Shown: positions 19,714-29,746 of the stretch, one piece after another
Numbering within the stretch: position 1 is the first letter of the stretch
Layout of the letters: every line of letters starts with the position of its first letter
Virus record (IMG/VR): IMGVR_UViG_3300045136_000892
Reading direction: 5' to 3' (one strand)
Source of the DNA: a virus
DNA length: 64,000 nt
Made by a program: the position numbers and the translations under genes
Notes under the pieces: model-generated
What the model was told of the DNA's origin: nothing
Seen by the model: only the letters and a program-made list of their open reading frames with translations
Databases searched by the model: none

Positions 19714-21480
19714 ATGTCCGGTCTGATCGTCCAGCAAGGCCAGGTGAACACGAACGCCATCGTCGTCCCCAATCTCATCATCCAGATCGTCCCACCCTCG
19801 TTCACGCTGCTCAACGGAGTTCCCACCAACGTTGTGGGCATCGTCGGCACCGCAACCTGGGGCCCGGTGAACAGCCCGGTGATCGCCTCGGGCATCTCCG
19901 ACGCCACCCGCCTGTTTGGCCCGATGCAGCCGCGCAAGCACGACCTGAACACCGCCGTCTTCGCCGCGGCCCTCCAGGGCGGCGCGGCCAACCTGCGCCT
20001 GGTGCGCGTCACCGACGGCACGGACGCCGCCGCCTCGGCGGCCGTCCGCCAGGTGGGCGTCTCCGCCGCCTCCGTCGCTGCGGGCGGCTCCGGCTACGCG
20101 GTGGGCAACACCATCACCCTGACCGGCGGCGCCGTGCTGACCGTGTCCTCGGTCTCCTCGGGCGCGGTAACCGGCGTCACCGTCACCACCCCGGGCTCGT
20201 ACTCCGCGATCCCGGCCAACCCCGTGGTCCAGACCGCGACCAGCGGCAGCGGCAGCGGCGCGACGTTCAACCTGACGTTCGCCACCGGCCTGACACTCAC
20301 CGCGATGTACACCGGCAGCAACGGCAACAACCTGACCTACGCGATCGGCGCCGGCTCGAACAGCACGCCGGGCGCGCCGACCTACAAGCTGACCTTCCAG
20401 CTCCCCGGCCAGCTCCCCGAGGTGTTCGACAACATCGGCGGAACCGGCAACGCCCTGTACCAGAACATGGCCAGCGCCATCAACCTCGGCCAGAGCGGGC
20501 TGCGCGGCCCGTCCGAGCTGGTGGTCGCCACCGCCGGGGCCGCCACCCTCGCCCCGATCACGGGAACGGGCACGCTCTCGGGCGGCACGGACGGCACGGG
20601 CACCATCAACTCGGCCACCCTCGTCGGCCAGGACACCGTCCCCCGCAAGGGCATGTACGCCCTGCGGGACACCGGGGTGAGCGTCGCCATGCTGGCGGAC
20701 GCCGACGACTCGGCCCAGTGGACCTACCAGAACGCCTTCGGCCTGTCCGAGGGGGCATACATGATCGGCGTCAGCCCGGCGGGCGACACCATCACCAATT
20801 TCGCCACCACGGTCGCCAGCGCGGGCATCGACAGCTACGCGATGAAGATCCTCTTCGGCGACTGGTGCTACATCTCCGACCCTGTGAACAACCAGGTCCG
20901 CCTGATCTCGCCCCAGGGCTTCATCGCCGGGCTGCTCGGCAACCTCACGCCCTCGAACTCGACCCTGAACAAGCCGATCCAGGGCATCGTGGGCACCCAG
21001 AAGACCCGCCTGAACCAGCAGTACAGCCAGGCCGAACTGCAGGCCATCGCGCTCGCCCGCGGCGACCTGATCACCAACCCGGCCCCCGGCGGCAGCTACT
21101 TCGCTGCCCGGTTCGGCCGCAACACTTCCAGCAATGCGGTGATCCACGGCGACAACTACACCCGGATGACCAACTTCATCGCCGCGACGCTGAACGCGGG
21201 CATGGGCCTCTACGTCGGCCGCAAGATCAGCCCGACGCTGATGAACCAGGCCTACGCCACGCTGGACGCTTTCCTGTCGAACCTGGAGCAGCAGGGCGAG
21301 AGCCAGGACCACCAGATCGTCCTGGACGCCTCCAACAACCCGTTCAGCCGCACAGCGCTGGGCTACCTGCAGGCCGACGTGAAGGTGCGGTACTTCAGCA
21401 TCACGGAGGTCCTGTTAGTGAATCTGGAAGGCGGCCAGAGCGTAAGAATTGATCGCGTGAGCACCAATCCTGCTGTATGA
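19714..21480 (+). CDS. contractile tail sheath protein
   Basis: GIVGTATWGPVN, VRVTDGTD, LSGGTDG, NYTRMTNFI, GYLQADVKV. Confidence 0.92.
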   Translation: MSGLIVQQGQVNTNAIVVPNLIIQIVPPSFTLLNGVPTNVVGIVGTATWGPVNSPVIASGISDATRLFGPMQPRKHDLNTAVFAAALQGGAANLRLVRVTDGTDAAASAAVRQVGVSAASVAAGGSGYAVGNTITLTGGAVLTVSSVSSGAVTGVTVTTPGSYSAIPANPVVQTATSGSGSGATFNLTFATGLTLTAMYTGSNGNNLTYAIGAGSNSTPGAPTYKLTFQLPGQLPEVFDNIGGTGNALYQNMASAINLGQSGLRGPSELVVATAGAATLAPITGTGTLSGGTDGTGTINSATLVGQDTVPRKGMYALRDTGVSVAMLADADDSAQWTYQNAFGLSEGAYMIGVSPAGDTITNFATTVASAGIDSYAMKILFGDWCYISDPVNNQVRLISPQGFIAGLLGNLTPSNSTLNKPIQGIVGTQKTRLNQQYSQAELQAIALARGDLITNPAPGGSYFAARFGRNTSSNAVIHGDNYTRMTNFIAATLNAGMGLYVGRKISPTLMNQAYATLDAFLSNLEQQGESQDHQIVLDASNNPFSRTALGYLQADVKVRYFSITEVLLVNLEGGQSVRIDRVSTNPAV

Positions 21481-21486
21481 TCATTC

Positions 21487-22296
21487 TTGAGTATGGAAAA
21501 ACGCAACAGGCATAGCGCAAAACGAAACGCGAGTCGCTCTGATTCGGAAATACAGTATCCGGCCGAGAAATGCTGTTCGGTTTGCAAAGAGACAAAGCTA
21601 GCGGCAGCATTTTCCAGGGCGCGGCGAGAGAAGGATGGCCTGAAATCCAATTGCAAGGGATGCGCCAAGGCGCAAAGACGCAGCTGGTACGTTCGGAATG
21701 CGGAACGTGAGAAGCAAAAGGCCGAGGAATGGCAGCGCGCCAATCCTGAGAAGAAGAAACTGATTGCCAAAAAGACCTACTACAAGAACCACGCCTCTCG
21801 CAAAGCACGTCTAATCGCTGCATACCGGGTCAACAAAGGGAAAATCAGCAGGCAGCAGCGTGAGCGTTACAACTCAGACCCTGAATTTCGCCAGAACAAG
21901 ATGGCGCGGGCAAAGCAGTACTACAAGAGAAGCAAGCCCAAAATTGCTGAATACAAAAAGAAACTGCAGAGGGAGCAACCCGAAAAGCTCCAGGCATGGG
22001 CCAATTCTGCTCGAATCAAGCGGGCTGCCGCATCGGGGAAATGCACTGCCGACGAGTGGCAGGAGATCCTCGAGTACTTCAATTACCACTGTGCCTACTG
22101 CCTCCAGCACGAAAGCATGGTTGGCAGGTTGTCAATGGACCACATGACACCGATTACACGAGGCGGGGATAACAGCCCAGATAACATTGTCCCGGCCTGC
22201 AAGCCGTGCAATTCCTCGAAGTACAACCTGACCGTACTTGAGTATCTTGGATCTATGAATATTCCTCGCAAAGATCGAACAATCATCGCCGTCTAA
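21487..22296 (+). CDS. free-standing HNH homing endonuclease
   Basis: CAYC...DHMTPITRGG.N...NIVPACKPCNSSK; N-terminal Cys pairs; lower GC than flanks. Confidence 0.88.
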   Translation: MSMEKRNRHSAKRNASRSDSEIQYPAEKCCSVCKETKLAAAFSRARREKDGLKSNCKGCAKAQRRSWYVRNAEREKQKAEEWQRANPEKKKLIAKKTYYKNHASRKARLIAAYRVNKGKISRQQRERYNSDPEFRQNKMARAKQYYKRSKPKIAEYKKKLQREQPEKLQAWANSARIKRAAASGKCTADEWQEILEYFNYHCAYCLQHESMVGRLSMDHMTPITRGGDNSPDNIVPACKPCNSSKYNLTVLEYLGSMNIPRKDRTIIAV

Positions 22297-22307
22297 GGAG
22301 CCGCCGC

Positions 22308-22745
22308 ATGACCGTCAACAACTTCACCACCGGGCGCGACGTCAGCGTCCAGATCAACACCGCCAACGGGCCGCTGCTCATCCCGGCCTCGGCCATCCTG
22401 AGCTTCAAGGCGAACCCCGAGGTGACCAAGCTCCGGTCGAAGGGCCTGGACGGCATCACCCGGAACGCCGTCATCCCCGACTCCTGGCAGGGCTCGATCA
22501 CCATCGACCGCCTCGACCAGACGGTGGACAACTGGTGGGCCCAGGTGGAGGCCGACTACTTCGCCAACCGCGCCACGGCCCCCGCCACGATCATCGAGCG
22601 GATCCAGGAGCAGGACGGCACGGTCAGCACCTGGCGCTACGAGGGCGTGTGCCTGACCCTGGACGAGGCGGGCGACTACGCCGCCGACAAGAAGGTCGAG
22701 CAGACCCTCTCCTTCGAGGCCGCGCGCAGGGTGAGGGTGTCGTAG
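22308..22745 (+). CDS. tail tube protein
   Basis: 145 aa after the sheath; FTTGRDVS, W.GSITIDR. Confidence 0.8.
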   Translation: MTVNNFTTGRDVSVQINTANGPLLIPASAILSFKANPEVTKLRSKGLDGITRNAVIPDSWQGSITIDRLDQTVDNWWAQVEADYFANRATAPATIIERIQEQDGTVSTWRYEGVCLTLDEAGDYAADKKVEQTLSFEAARRVRVS

Positions 22746-22746
22746 C

Positions 22747-23142
22747 ATGAGCAAGGTCAAAGTGCATGACGGGGCCGAAACGCCGTCCCAGAAGGTGGTC
22801 GCCGACGCTAACCGCATCGTGGAGGTGACAGACTCCCGCGGGCGGAAGCTCAAGCTCCGCCAGCCGCAGTTCGCAGACGAGTTCCGCATCGTGGCCGTCG
22901 TCGGCGCCGAGCTGGCCGCCAACCAAGTCTACATGGGGATGCTCAACCCGCTGCTGTTCATCACCGAGATCGACGGCATCGTGCAGCCGTTCCCGACCTC
23001 GAAGATCGCCGTGGACTCGCTCATCAACACGGCCGGACGCGAGGGCTTCATCGCCGCAGTCCAGGGCATCACGGAGCACTTCGGCGGCGACGCCGGCGAC
23101 CTGGAGGCCCAGATAAAAAACGGGGAAGGCACCCCGGGCTGA
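22747..23142 (+). CDS. tail assembly chaperone (G-like)
   Basis: Between tube and tape measure; slippery heptamer at its end. Confidence 0.75.
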   Translation: MSKVKVHDGAETPSQKVVADANRIVEVTDSRGRKLKLRQPQFADEFRIVAVVGAELAANQVYMGMLNPLLFITEIDGIVQPFPTSKIAVDSLINTAGREGFIAAVQGITEHFGGDAGDLEAQIKNGEGTPG

Positions 23143-23294
23143 GGAACCGGCTCTGGCTCGTGAAGAACGGGGTGCCTTATGACGTCGCCTTCTCCCTGCC
23201 CGAGGCCGACGTGGCCGCCTACGGCATCATCTTCGGCGAGTTCGAGGGCAACGAGTTCTCTTGGGCCACAATGAGCTGGAAAGAGCGTAAATGA
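23115..23294 (+). other. -1 programmed frameshift (A AAA AAC) and GT-like extension
   Basis: In-frame ata aaa aac at 23113-23121; -1 frame open to TGA 23294 (RGRHPGLRNRLWLVKNGVPYDVAFSL...). Confidence 0.8.
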
Positions 23295-23773
23295 AGGAAT
23301 TCGGCCACATGGCGGCCTTCGCCGCCCACCTGACGACCATGGCGGTCGCCGTGAAAAAGTCCGAGCACCGGATCCTCGATCGCATCGGGAAGCAGGTCAA
23401 GAAGCGGGCAAAGGCCAAGATCGGTGAGTACCAGGAGGCGGCCCCACCGTTCGCTGGCTGGGCTGAGCTGGCCGATTCGACCAAGGCCGACCGCGCCAGG
23501 CAGGGCTACCCGGAAGACGAACCGCTGCTCCGCTCCGGCGCGATGCGCGACAGCATCGGCCACAAGGTCCACGGCACCGAGGTGACCATCGGTTCGGATA
23601 GCGATATCGCCGTCTACCAGGAACTCGGCACCGAGCACATCCCTCCCCGCTCGTTCCTCGGCGGAGCGATGGCGGAGGAACTGCCCCGCCTGAAGGAGAT
23701 CCTGGGCGAGGAGATCGTCGCCGCGCTCGTTGGCAAAGACGTATTTCAGGGCAAGCTGCCCATCGGAGAGTAG
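23291..23773 (+). CDS. virion morphogenesis protein (HK97 gp10-like)
   Basis: PLLRSGAMRDSI, YQELGT.HIPPRSFL. Confidence 0.75.
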   Translation: MKEFGHMAAFAAHLTTMAVAVKKSEHRILDRIGKQVKKRAKAKIGEYQEAAPPFAGWAELADSTKADRARQGYPEDEPLLRSGAMRDSIGHKVHGTEVTIGSDSDIAVYQELGTEHIPPRSFLGGAMAEELPRLKEILGEEIVAALVGKDVFQGKLPIGE

Positions 23774-25513
23774 ATGTTCGAGGCTTACAAGGTCGGAGTC
23801 ACGCTGGCGCTGCACAGCAACGTAAGCGCCGCGCTGGGCCTGATCGCCCGCGACTTCGTCAAGACCGACCTCGAGGCCAAGAAGCTCCAGAAGACCCTCA
23901 AGGAGATCAAGCTGCTCGGGCTGACCGGGGCCATCGTCGGCGGGGCCGGATTCATGGGGCTGGGCCTGATCAAGTCCGCCGTCAAGCCCGCCAGCGAGTA
24001 CGTCCACCAGCTCGAACTGGCCAAGGCCGCCGGGATGAAGCAGCAGGAGATCGCCGAAGCCACCGCCGCCGCCTGGAAGACCGCCGGCGAGGTGATGACC
24101 AGCAGCCCGACCGAGAATCTCAAGGCCATCCGCGAGCTGCGCATGGTCTTCGGCGACACGATGGAGGCCATCCACTTCCTGCCCCAGATGCAGCGCATCC
24201 AGGCCGTGCTCGACGCCACCCTGCACGGGACCGGAGGAATCGGCGCCAGGGACGTGGCGTTCGCCGCCGCCAAGGCCCTCGAACTCCGCGGCGCGTCGAT
24301 GAGCCCGCAGACCTTCCAGGAGCAGGCCGACTACATGACCAGGGCGGTCATCGCCTCCGGCGGCAAGGTCACGCCCCAGATGCTGCTCCAGATGCAGAAA
24401 TACGCGGGCATCGGCGGCACGAGCTACAGCAACGACTTCCTCTACGGCATCGCCCCCACGCTGGTGCAGGAACTGGGCGGGTCCCAGACCGGCAACTCGC
24501 TGACCAGCATGTACCGAGCCATCGTGGGCGGCCGGATCGACAAGAAGGCCCTGGCCGTCTGGCAGCAGATGGGCCTGCTCCAGAGCGTCAAGGGGATCAC
24601 CGGCGAGAGCGCGATGATCCAGGCGAAGAACGCGGGGCTCTTCCAGGATAACCCGTTCCTTTACATGCAGTTCCTGCAGGGCGAGTTGGCCAAGCGGGGC
24701 ATCACCGACCCGAAGGCCCAGCAGGAGGTCATCGAGCGGCTCTTCTCGAACCGCGTGGCGGGCCGCATGGCCAATATCCTCATGATGCAGGGGCCCCGGC
24801 TCCAGAAGGATTTCGAGCTGATCAAGGGGGCCGGAGACTCCAGCGCCTATTACGACCTGATCAAGCGCGACCCGCCCACCGTCTACAGGGCGCTCGATGC
24901 CCAATGGGACGCCCTGAAAACCGCCCTCGGCATGACCGTGGTCCCGGTCATCATCCCCATGCTGCGGGGCCTCACGAACGCCCTAAACTCGCTCGCCACA
25001 TTCGCGGCCGACCATCCAACGCTGACCCAGGGGCTGATGCTGACGTTCGGCGGCCTGTCGGCTCTCGCCACGCTGGGCGGCACCCTGATGATCGCCGGGG
25101 CGGGCCTCAAGGTCATCGGCCTGGTCCTGACCACGCTCACCGGCCTGCCGCTGGCCGTCGCCGCCACCGGCCTTGGCACGCTGACCGCCGCCGTGGCGGA
25201 AGTGGTCGGGCTGGGCATGGCCGTCGCCAATGCGGACACGATCGGCGGCTGGAAGTACAACCCCATCAACATGATCGAGCAGGGCGGCGAGGCCGTCGGC
25301 GGCTGGCTCAAGGGAAAGATGGCCCCCAGCTACGGCCCGCCGATGCGGGAGAACTCGCGCGAGATCCACACCACCGTCAACATCGACGGCCGGAAGGTCG
25401 CGCACGCCGTGAACAAGCACAACGAGCGGGCCGCGTCCCGCCCCTCCGGCTCCGGCGGAGCGCCCGATTACCGTGCGATCCCACGTCACTCGGGATCGGG
25501 CGGGGGCCGGTAG
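23774..25513 (+). CDS. tape measure protein
   Basis: Ala/Gly-rich helical protein with hydrophobic C-terminal segments; position. Confidence 0.8.
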   Translation: MFEAYKVGVTLALHSNVSAALGLIARDFVKTDLEAKKLQKTLKEIKLLGLTGAIVGGAGFMGLGLIKSAVKPASEYVHQLELAKAAGMKQQEIAEATAAAWKTAGEVMTSSPTENLKAIRELRMVFGDTMEAIHFLPQMQRIQAVLDATLHGTGGIGARDVAFAAAKALELRGASMSPQTFQEQADYMTRAVIASGGKVTPQMLLQMQKYAGIGGTSYSNDFLYGIAPTLVQELGGSQTGNSLTSMYRAIVGGRIDKKALAVWQQMGLLQSVKGITGESAMIQAKNAGLFQDNPFLYMQFLQGELAKRGITDPKAQQEVIERLFSNRVAGRMANILMMQGPRLQKDFELIKGAGDSSAYYDLIKRDPPTVYRALDAQWDALKTALGMTVVPVIIPMLRGLTNALNSLATFAADHPTLTQGLMLTFGGLSALATLGGTLMIAGAGLKVIGLVLTTLTGLPLAVAATGLGTLTAAVAEVVGLGMAVANADTIGGWKYNPINMIEQGGEAVGGWLKGKMAPSYGPPMRENSREIHTTVNIDGRKVAHAVNKHNERAASRPSGSGGAPDYRAIPRHSGSGGGR

Positions 25514-25516
25514 CGC

Positions 25517-26308
25517 ATGACCGTCACCCTCACCCTCGGCGGGGTCGTCTTCACCGGCTTCGAGATCCCCGAGACCATCAACTTCGGCGGCGAGCAGAAG
25601 CTGGCCATCCACAAGCTGCCGGGCGGGGGCCGCGTCATCGACGCGATGGGCCCGAACGACGCCGACATCCGCTGGTCCGGGCGGCTCCGGGGGCCGAGCA
25701 GCGAGCAGCGGGGTATCCTGCTGGATTTCATGCGGCGGCGCGGCAGAAAAATCCTGCTGGCCTGGGGCCTGCACCGGTTCCAGGTCGTCATCCGCTCGTT
25801 CGAGGCCAACTACCAGAGCCCGCACGAAATCCCCTATAGCATCGTTTGCACCGTGGTCCTGGACGAGGCTCAGGCCATTGCGTCTTTCGCCGCCGGCCTG
25901 GCCGAGTCGCTGGCTTCAGACCTGGTGGAAGCCGCCGGGCTGAGCGACCTGATTGGGAGCGAGGAGATCAGCGCCGCCGTGGACGGCGTGGCCGCCGGCT
26001 TCAGCAACTTCCAGGCGGGCGTGCCGTGGTCCACCAACCTCATCACCGCCGCCATCGCGCCGACGGAAGGGGCGATCCTGGGCGGAATGCTCACCTCGGC
26101 CGCCGGGGCCCAGGCTCTGGTGGGCAAGGCCATCTCGAACATCAACCTCGGGCTGGGCACCTTGCTGCCGGCCGCGGGCGGGGCGGTCTCCGACATGGCC
26201 GCCGGCCTGGTGGAGCAGGCATCCGACTTTGCCCAGCTGAACAATCTCCACCGCCTGTCCGACTCGCTCGGGCGCATGACGCTGAACATCAGCAATTTTG
26301 GGAGCTGA
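25517..26308 (+). CDS. tail tube initiator/baseplate protein
   Basis: FEIPE.INFGGEQ.LAIH.LPGG.RVIDAMG. Confidence 0.7.
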   Translation: MTVTLTLGGVVFTGFEIPETINFGGEQKLAIHKLPGGGRVIDAMGPNDADIRWSGRLRGPSSEQRGILLDFMRRRGRKILLAWGLHRFQVVIRSFEANYQSPHEIPYSIVCTVVLDEAQAIASFAAGLAESLASDLVEAAGLSDLIGSEEISAAVDGVAAGFSNFQAGVPWSTNLITAAIAPTEGAILGGMLTSAAGAQALVGKAISNINLGLGTLLPAAGGAVSDMAAGLVEQASDFAQLNNLHRLSDSLGRMTLNISNFGS

Positions 26309-26311
26309 GAA

Positions 26312-26503
26312 ATGAAAACCGTGACCGTCGCCGGCGGCAACCTGTTCGTGCTGGCCCTTGAGCATCTCGGGGACGCCACGCAGTGGAACCGGATTGCCCA
26401 GGCCAACGGGCTGCTCGATCCGTTCCTCACCGGCACGGCGGTACTGCGCATCCCGGCGGCGGACCGGAACGCGGGCGGAGGCGTCTTTGTTCCTGCTCGG
26501 TGA
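26312..26503 (+). CDS. tail X / LysM-like baseplate protein
   Basis: NLF.LA...LGDATQW.RIAQANGL.DP. Confidence 0.75.
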   Translation: MKTVTVAGGNLFVLALEHLGDATQWNRIAQANGLLDPFLTGTAVLRIPAADRNAGGGVFVPAR

Positions 26504-27584
26504 CCTGAACCCCGTCGTCCTGAGCGACGTCCGCCGGCCGGTCGTCGAGCTCACCGTCAACGGCATCCCCATCCCGGGCCTGATCGAGGCCGAGGTGACG
26601 AACAACACGCACTTCGCCTCGGACACCTTCCATGCAGTCCTGGCGCTCTCCGAGTTGCCCGCCGCCTACGGCCCCGATTACTGGGCGAATTCCGTGTACG
26701 ACCGGATCGGCATCGCCGCCGGGTTCGCGGGCGAGCGGCTGATGCCGCTGATCCTGGGGCAGGTGGACGAGATCGACTACGACCCGGTGCGCCGGACCAT
26801 CACCCTGAGCGGGCGGGACCTGTCGGCCCCGCTGATCGACGCCAAGACCGCCGAGAAGTTCGTCAACCAGACCGCCAGCCAGATCGCCGAGACGCTGGCC
26901 GACCGCCACGGCCTCCTCTCGAAAGTCCAGGCCACGAGCACCAAGGCGGGCACCTACTACAGCCACGAGCACGTCGTGCTGACCCAGGAGCAATCCGAGT
27001 GGGACCTGCTCGTCTACCTCGCCGAGCAGGAAGGGTTCGACGTCTGGGTGACCGGCGACCGGCTGCACTTCGAGCCGTCCCCGCTGCCCACCAACCCGGC
27101 TTACAAGATCGCCTGGGACGAGGCGGCGCTGGCCTCCAACGCCCTCGACATCCGCCTGAGCCGGTCGCAGACGCTGGCCAGGGACGTGATCGTCATCGTG
27201 CGGAGCTGGAACCAGAAGCTGCAGCGGGCCTTCAAGGTCGAATTTCGGGTCGCGCGGCTGGCGAACGGCGAGAGGGAAGCGGGGCGCAGGGCGTTCCAGA
27301 CCTATAGCTTCAACGTCCCGAACCTGACCCGGGACCAGTGCCTTGCCCTGGCGAAGGCGAAGGCCGAGGAGATCACCCGGCACGAGCGCGTGCTGACCGC
27401 GAGCCTCCCCGGCGACAGCAAGCTCACCACGCGGGCGATGATCCATCTGGTCGGGGCCGGCAACGGCTGGGACCAGCTCTATTACCCGGATTCGGTCACC
27501 CGCCGCATCTCGTTCGAGGAGGGATACCGCATGGACCTGCGCGCCAAGAACCACGGCACCCAGAGCACGGTGGTGATCGGCTGA
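26487..27584 (+). CDS. baseplate hub (late control D-like)
   Basis: TTG start with GGAGG SD; LSGRDLSA.LID.K, SEWDLL..LA..EGF. Confidence 0.8.
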   Translation: MFLLGDLNPVVLSDVRRPVVELTVNGIPIPGLIEAEVTNNTHFASDTFHAVLALSELPAAYGPDYWANSVYDRIGIAAGFAGERLMPLILGQVDEIDYDPVRRTITLSGRDLSAPLIDAKTAEKFVNQTASQIAETLADRHGLLSKVQATSTKAGTYYSHEHVVLTQEQSEWDLLVYLAEQEGFDVWVTGDRLHFEPSPLPTNPAYKIAWDEAALASNALDIRLSRSQTLARDVIVIVRSWNQKLQRAFKVEFRVARLANGEREAGRRAFQTYSFNVPNLTRDQCLALAKAKAEEITRHERVLTASLPGDSKLTTRAMIHLVGAGNGWDQLYYPDSVTRRISFEEGYRMDLRAKNHGTQSTVVIG

Positions 27585-28234
27585 TGGACGGCTTGACCAA
27601 CATGATGCGCCGGGAGGCGGCACGGGCGATGACCCAGCTCTCCCTCACCCGCATCGGCGTCGTGAGCAACTACGACCCGGCCACCTACTCGGCCAAGGTT
27701 CGCATCCAGCCCGAGGACGTGGAGACCGGGTGGCTGCCCGTCGCCAGCCTCTGGGTCGGCAACGGCTGGGGCCTCTTCGCGCCGCCAAAGGTCGGGGACG
27801 TGGTCGAGGTGCGGTTCCAGGAGGGCGGCAAGGAGGCTGGCATCGTCGGCCTGCGCCACTACGGGGACGCCCTGAGACCGCTCGCGGTGCCATCCGGCGA
27901 ATTCTGGCTCCAGCACGCCTCGGGCAGCTTCCTGAAGTTCAGGAACGACGGCTCGGTGGAACTGCACACCGCGGGCGACCTGAACGCCACGGTGGCGGGC
28001 CAGGCCAACCTGACGGTGACGGGCAACGTGGTGGCCTCGGCCTCGCAGTTCAACCTGACCGGCGACGTGAATATCACCGGTGATGTGACGGTGGACGGGG
28101 AAATATTCGCCACCGGCGACATCACGGACCTGAACGGCACCGATGGCACCGTGGGGCACATCAGAGACGTGTACAACACGCACACCCACCCGACCCCGAG
28201 CGGGACCAGCGGCGTGCCCAATGAGCAACTGTAG
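27584..28234 (+). CDS. baseplate spike (gpV-like)
   Basis: ETGWLP, P.VGD.V.V.F, C-terminal H-T-H iron-binding apex (YNTHTHP). Confidence 0.85.
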   Translation: MDGLTNMMRREAARAMTQLSLTRIGVVSNYDPATYSAKVRIQPEDVETGWLPVASLWVGNGWGLFAPPKVGDVVEVRFQEGGKEAGIVGLRHYGDALRPLAVPSGEFWLQHASGSFLKFRNDGSVELHTAGDLNATVAGQANLTVTGNVVASASQFNLTGDVNITGDVTVDGEIFATGDITDLNGTDGTVGHIRDVYNTHTHPTPSGTSGVPNEQL

Positions 28235-28240
28235 GGCGAC

Positions 28241-28606
28241 ATGGCAGACATCGGACACTACTTCTCAGGCGACCTCGGCCTGGGGGCGACCGGCGGGCTG
28301 CAGGCGGCCGAGGGCTCCCTCCTCAGCCGGCAGCGCATCCTGCGCCGCCTGCTGACAAACCCCGGCGATTACATCTGGGAACCGGACTACGGGGCGGGGC
28401 TTCCCAGGTTCATCGGCCAGAAGCTCGACCTGACGGCGCTCACGGCCCTGATCCGCTCGCAGATGTACCTGGAAGGCAGCGTCCAGCAGCAGCCGGAGCC
28501 GCAGATCGAACTCACGCCCATCCTGAACGGCGTCTTCGTGCGCATCGTCTACGTCGAGGCGCAGACCGGCAGGACCGAGACTCTGGCCTTCGAAGTAACC
28601 GCGTAA
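28241..28606 (+). CDS. baseplate wedge gpW/gp25-like
   Basis: RRLLTNPGDYIW.PDYGAGL. Confidence 0.8.
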   Translation: MADIGHYFSGDLGLGATGGLQAAEGSLLSRQRILRRLLTNPGDYIWEPDYGAGLPRFIGQKLDLTALTALIRSQMYLEGSVQQQPEPQIELTPILNGVFVRIVYVEAQTGRTETLAFEVTA

Positions 28607-28615
28607 GGACACCGA

Positions 28616-29737
28616 ATGGCTCTTCAGACCTACACCTTCAACCAGATCGTCTCCGGGATCGCCACCGCTACCCAGGCCGCCGCGTCCTCCCTGATCGAAT
28701 TCGGCGTCGGCTCCATCCTGCGGGCACTCGCCCAGGCCGTGGCCGGGCAGCTCCTCTGGCTCCAGGCCATCGTCCTGCAGGTTCTCACGCTCACCCGCGC
28801 GGCCACGAGCGTCGGGGCCGACCTCGACTCCTGGTGCGCCGACTTCGGCTTCGCCCGGCTCCCGGCCCGGGCCGCCACCGGCCAGGTGATGTTCTCCCGG
28901 TTCACGTCGACGCAACAGGCCGTGGTCCCGGTCGGCGCCACGGTCCAGACCGCTGACGGCAGCCAGACCTTCGCCGTCACGGTCGATACCAGCAACAGCG
29001 CGTATAACGCCGGTCTCGGCGGCTATGTCATCCTGGCGAACACCGCCAGCGTGAACGTGCCCGTGCAGGCCGTCGTTGGGGGCAGCGGCGGGAACGTCCA
29101 GGCGGGGGCCATCTCCGTCATCACCTCGCCGATCGCTGGCGTGGACACGGTGACCAACTCCGCCGGATTCCTGAACGGGGCGGACGCCGAGCCCGACGCC
29201 GACTTCCGCGCCCGGTTCGTGCTCTTCCTGGCCTCGCTTTCCAGGGCCACCAAATCGGCCATCGGCTCTGCCATCCTCGGCGTGCAGCAGGGCCTGAACT
29301 ACACGATCACCGAGAACCAGAACTACAACGGCACGGCCAACCAGGGGTACTTCTACGTGGTGGTCGATGACGGGACCGGGCAGGCGTCCGCCGACCTGCT
29401 GAACAAGGTGAACGCGGCGATCGACGGGGTCCGCCCCTTCACCAGCAGCTTCGGCGTGTTCGCGCCCGCCATCGTCACGGCGAACGTGGCCATGACGGTC
29501 ACCTCCGCGCCCGGCTACAACCACCCGACCGTCGTCGGCAACGTCGGGGTGGCGCTCACGAACTTCCTGAACAGCCTCAAGCTCGGCGTGTCGGTGCCCT
29601 ACACACAGATCGCCAGCGTCGCCTACGGGGTGCCGGGCGTGCAGAACGTGACCGGGGTCGAACTCAACGGCGGCACGGCAGACCTGGCCGCCAACCAAAA
29701 ACAACGAATTGTTGCAGGAGTCATGACCATCGGCTAG
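28616..29737 (+). CDS. baseplate J-like protein
   Basis: GADLDSW..DFG..R.PA, NGADAE.DA.FR.RF, VVVDDG. Confidence 0.9.
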   Translation: MALQTYTFNQIVSGIATATQAAASSLIEFGVGSILRALAQAVAGQLLWLQAIVLQVLTLTRAATSVGADLDSWCADFGFARLPARAATGQVMFSRFTSTQQAVVPVGATVQTADGSQTFAVTVDTSNSAYNAGLGGYVILANTASVNVPVQAVVGGSGGNVQAGAISVITSPIAGVDTVTNSAGFLNGADAEPDADFRARFVLFLASLSRATKSAIGSAILGVQQGLNYTITENQNYNGTANQGYFYVVVDDGTGQASADLLNKVNAAIDGVRPFTSSFGVFAPAIVTANVAMTVTSAPGYNHPTVVGNVGVALTNFLNSLKLGVSVPYTQIASVAYGVPGVQNVTGVELNGGTADLAANQKQRIVAGVMTIG

Positions 29738-29746
29738 CACTGGGAT

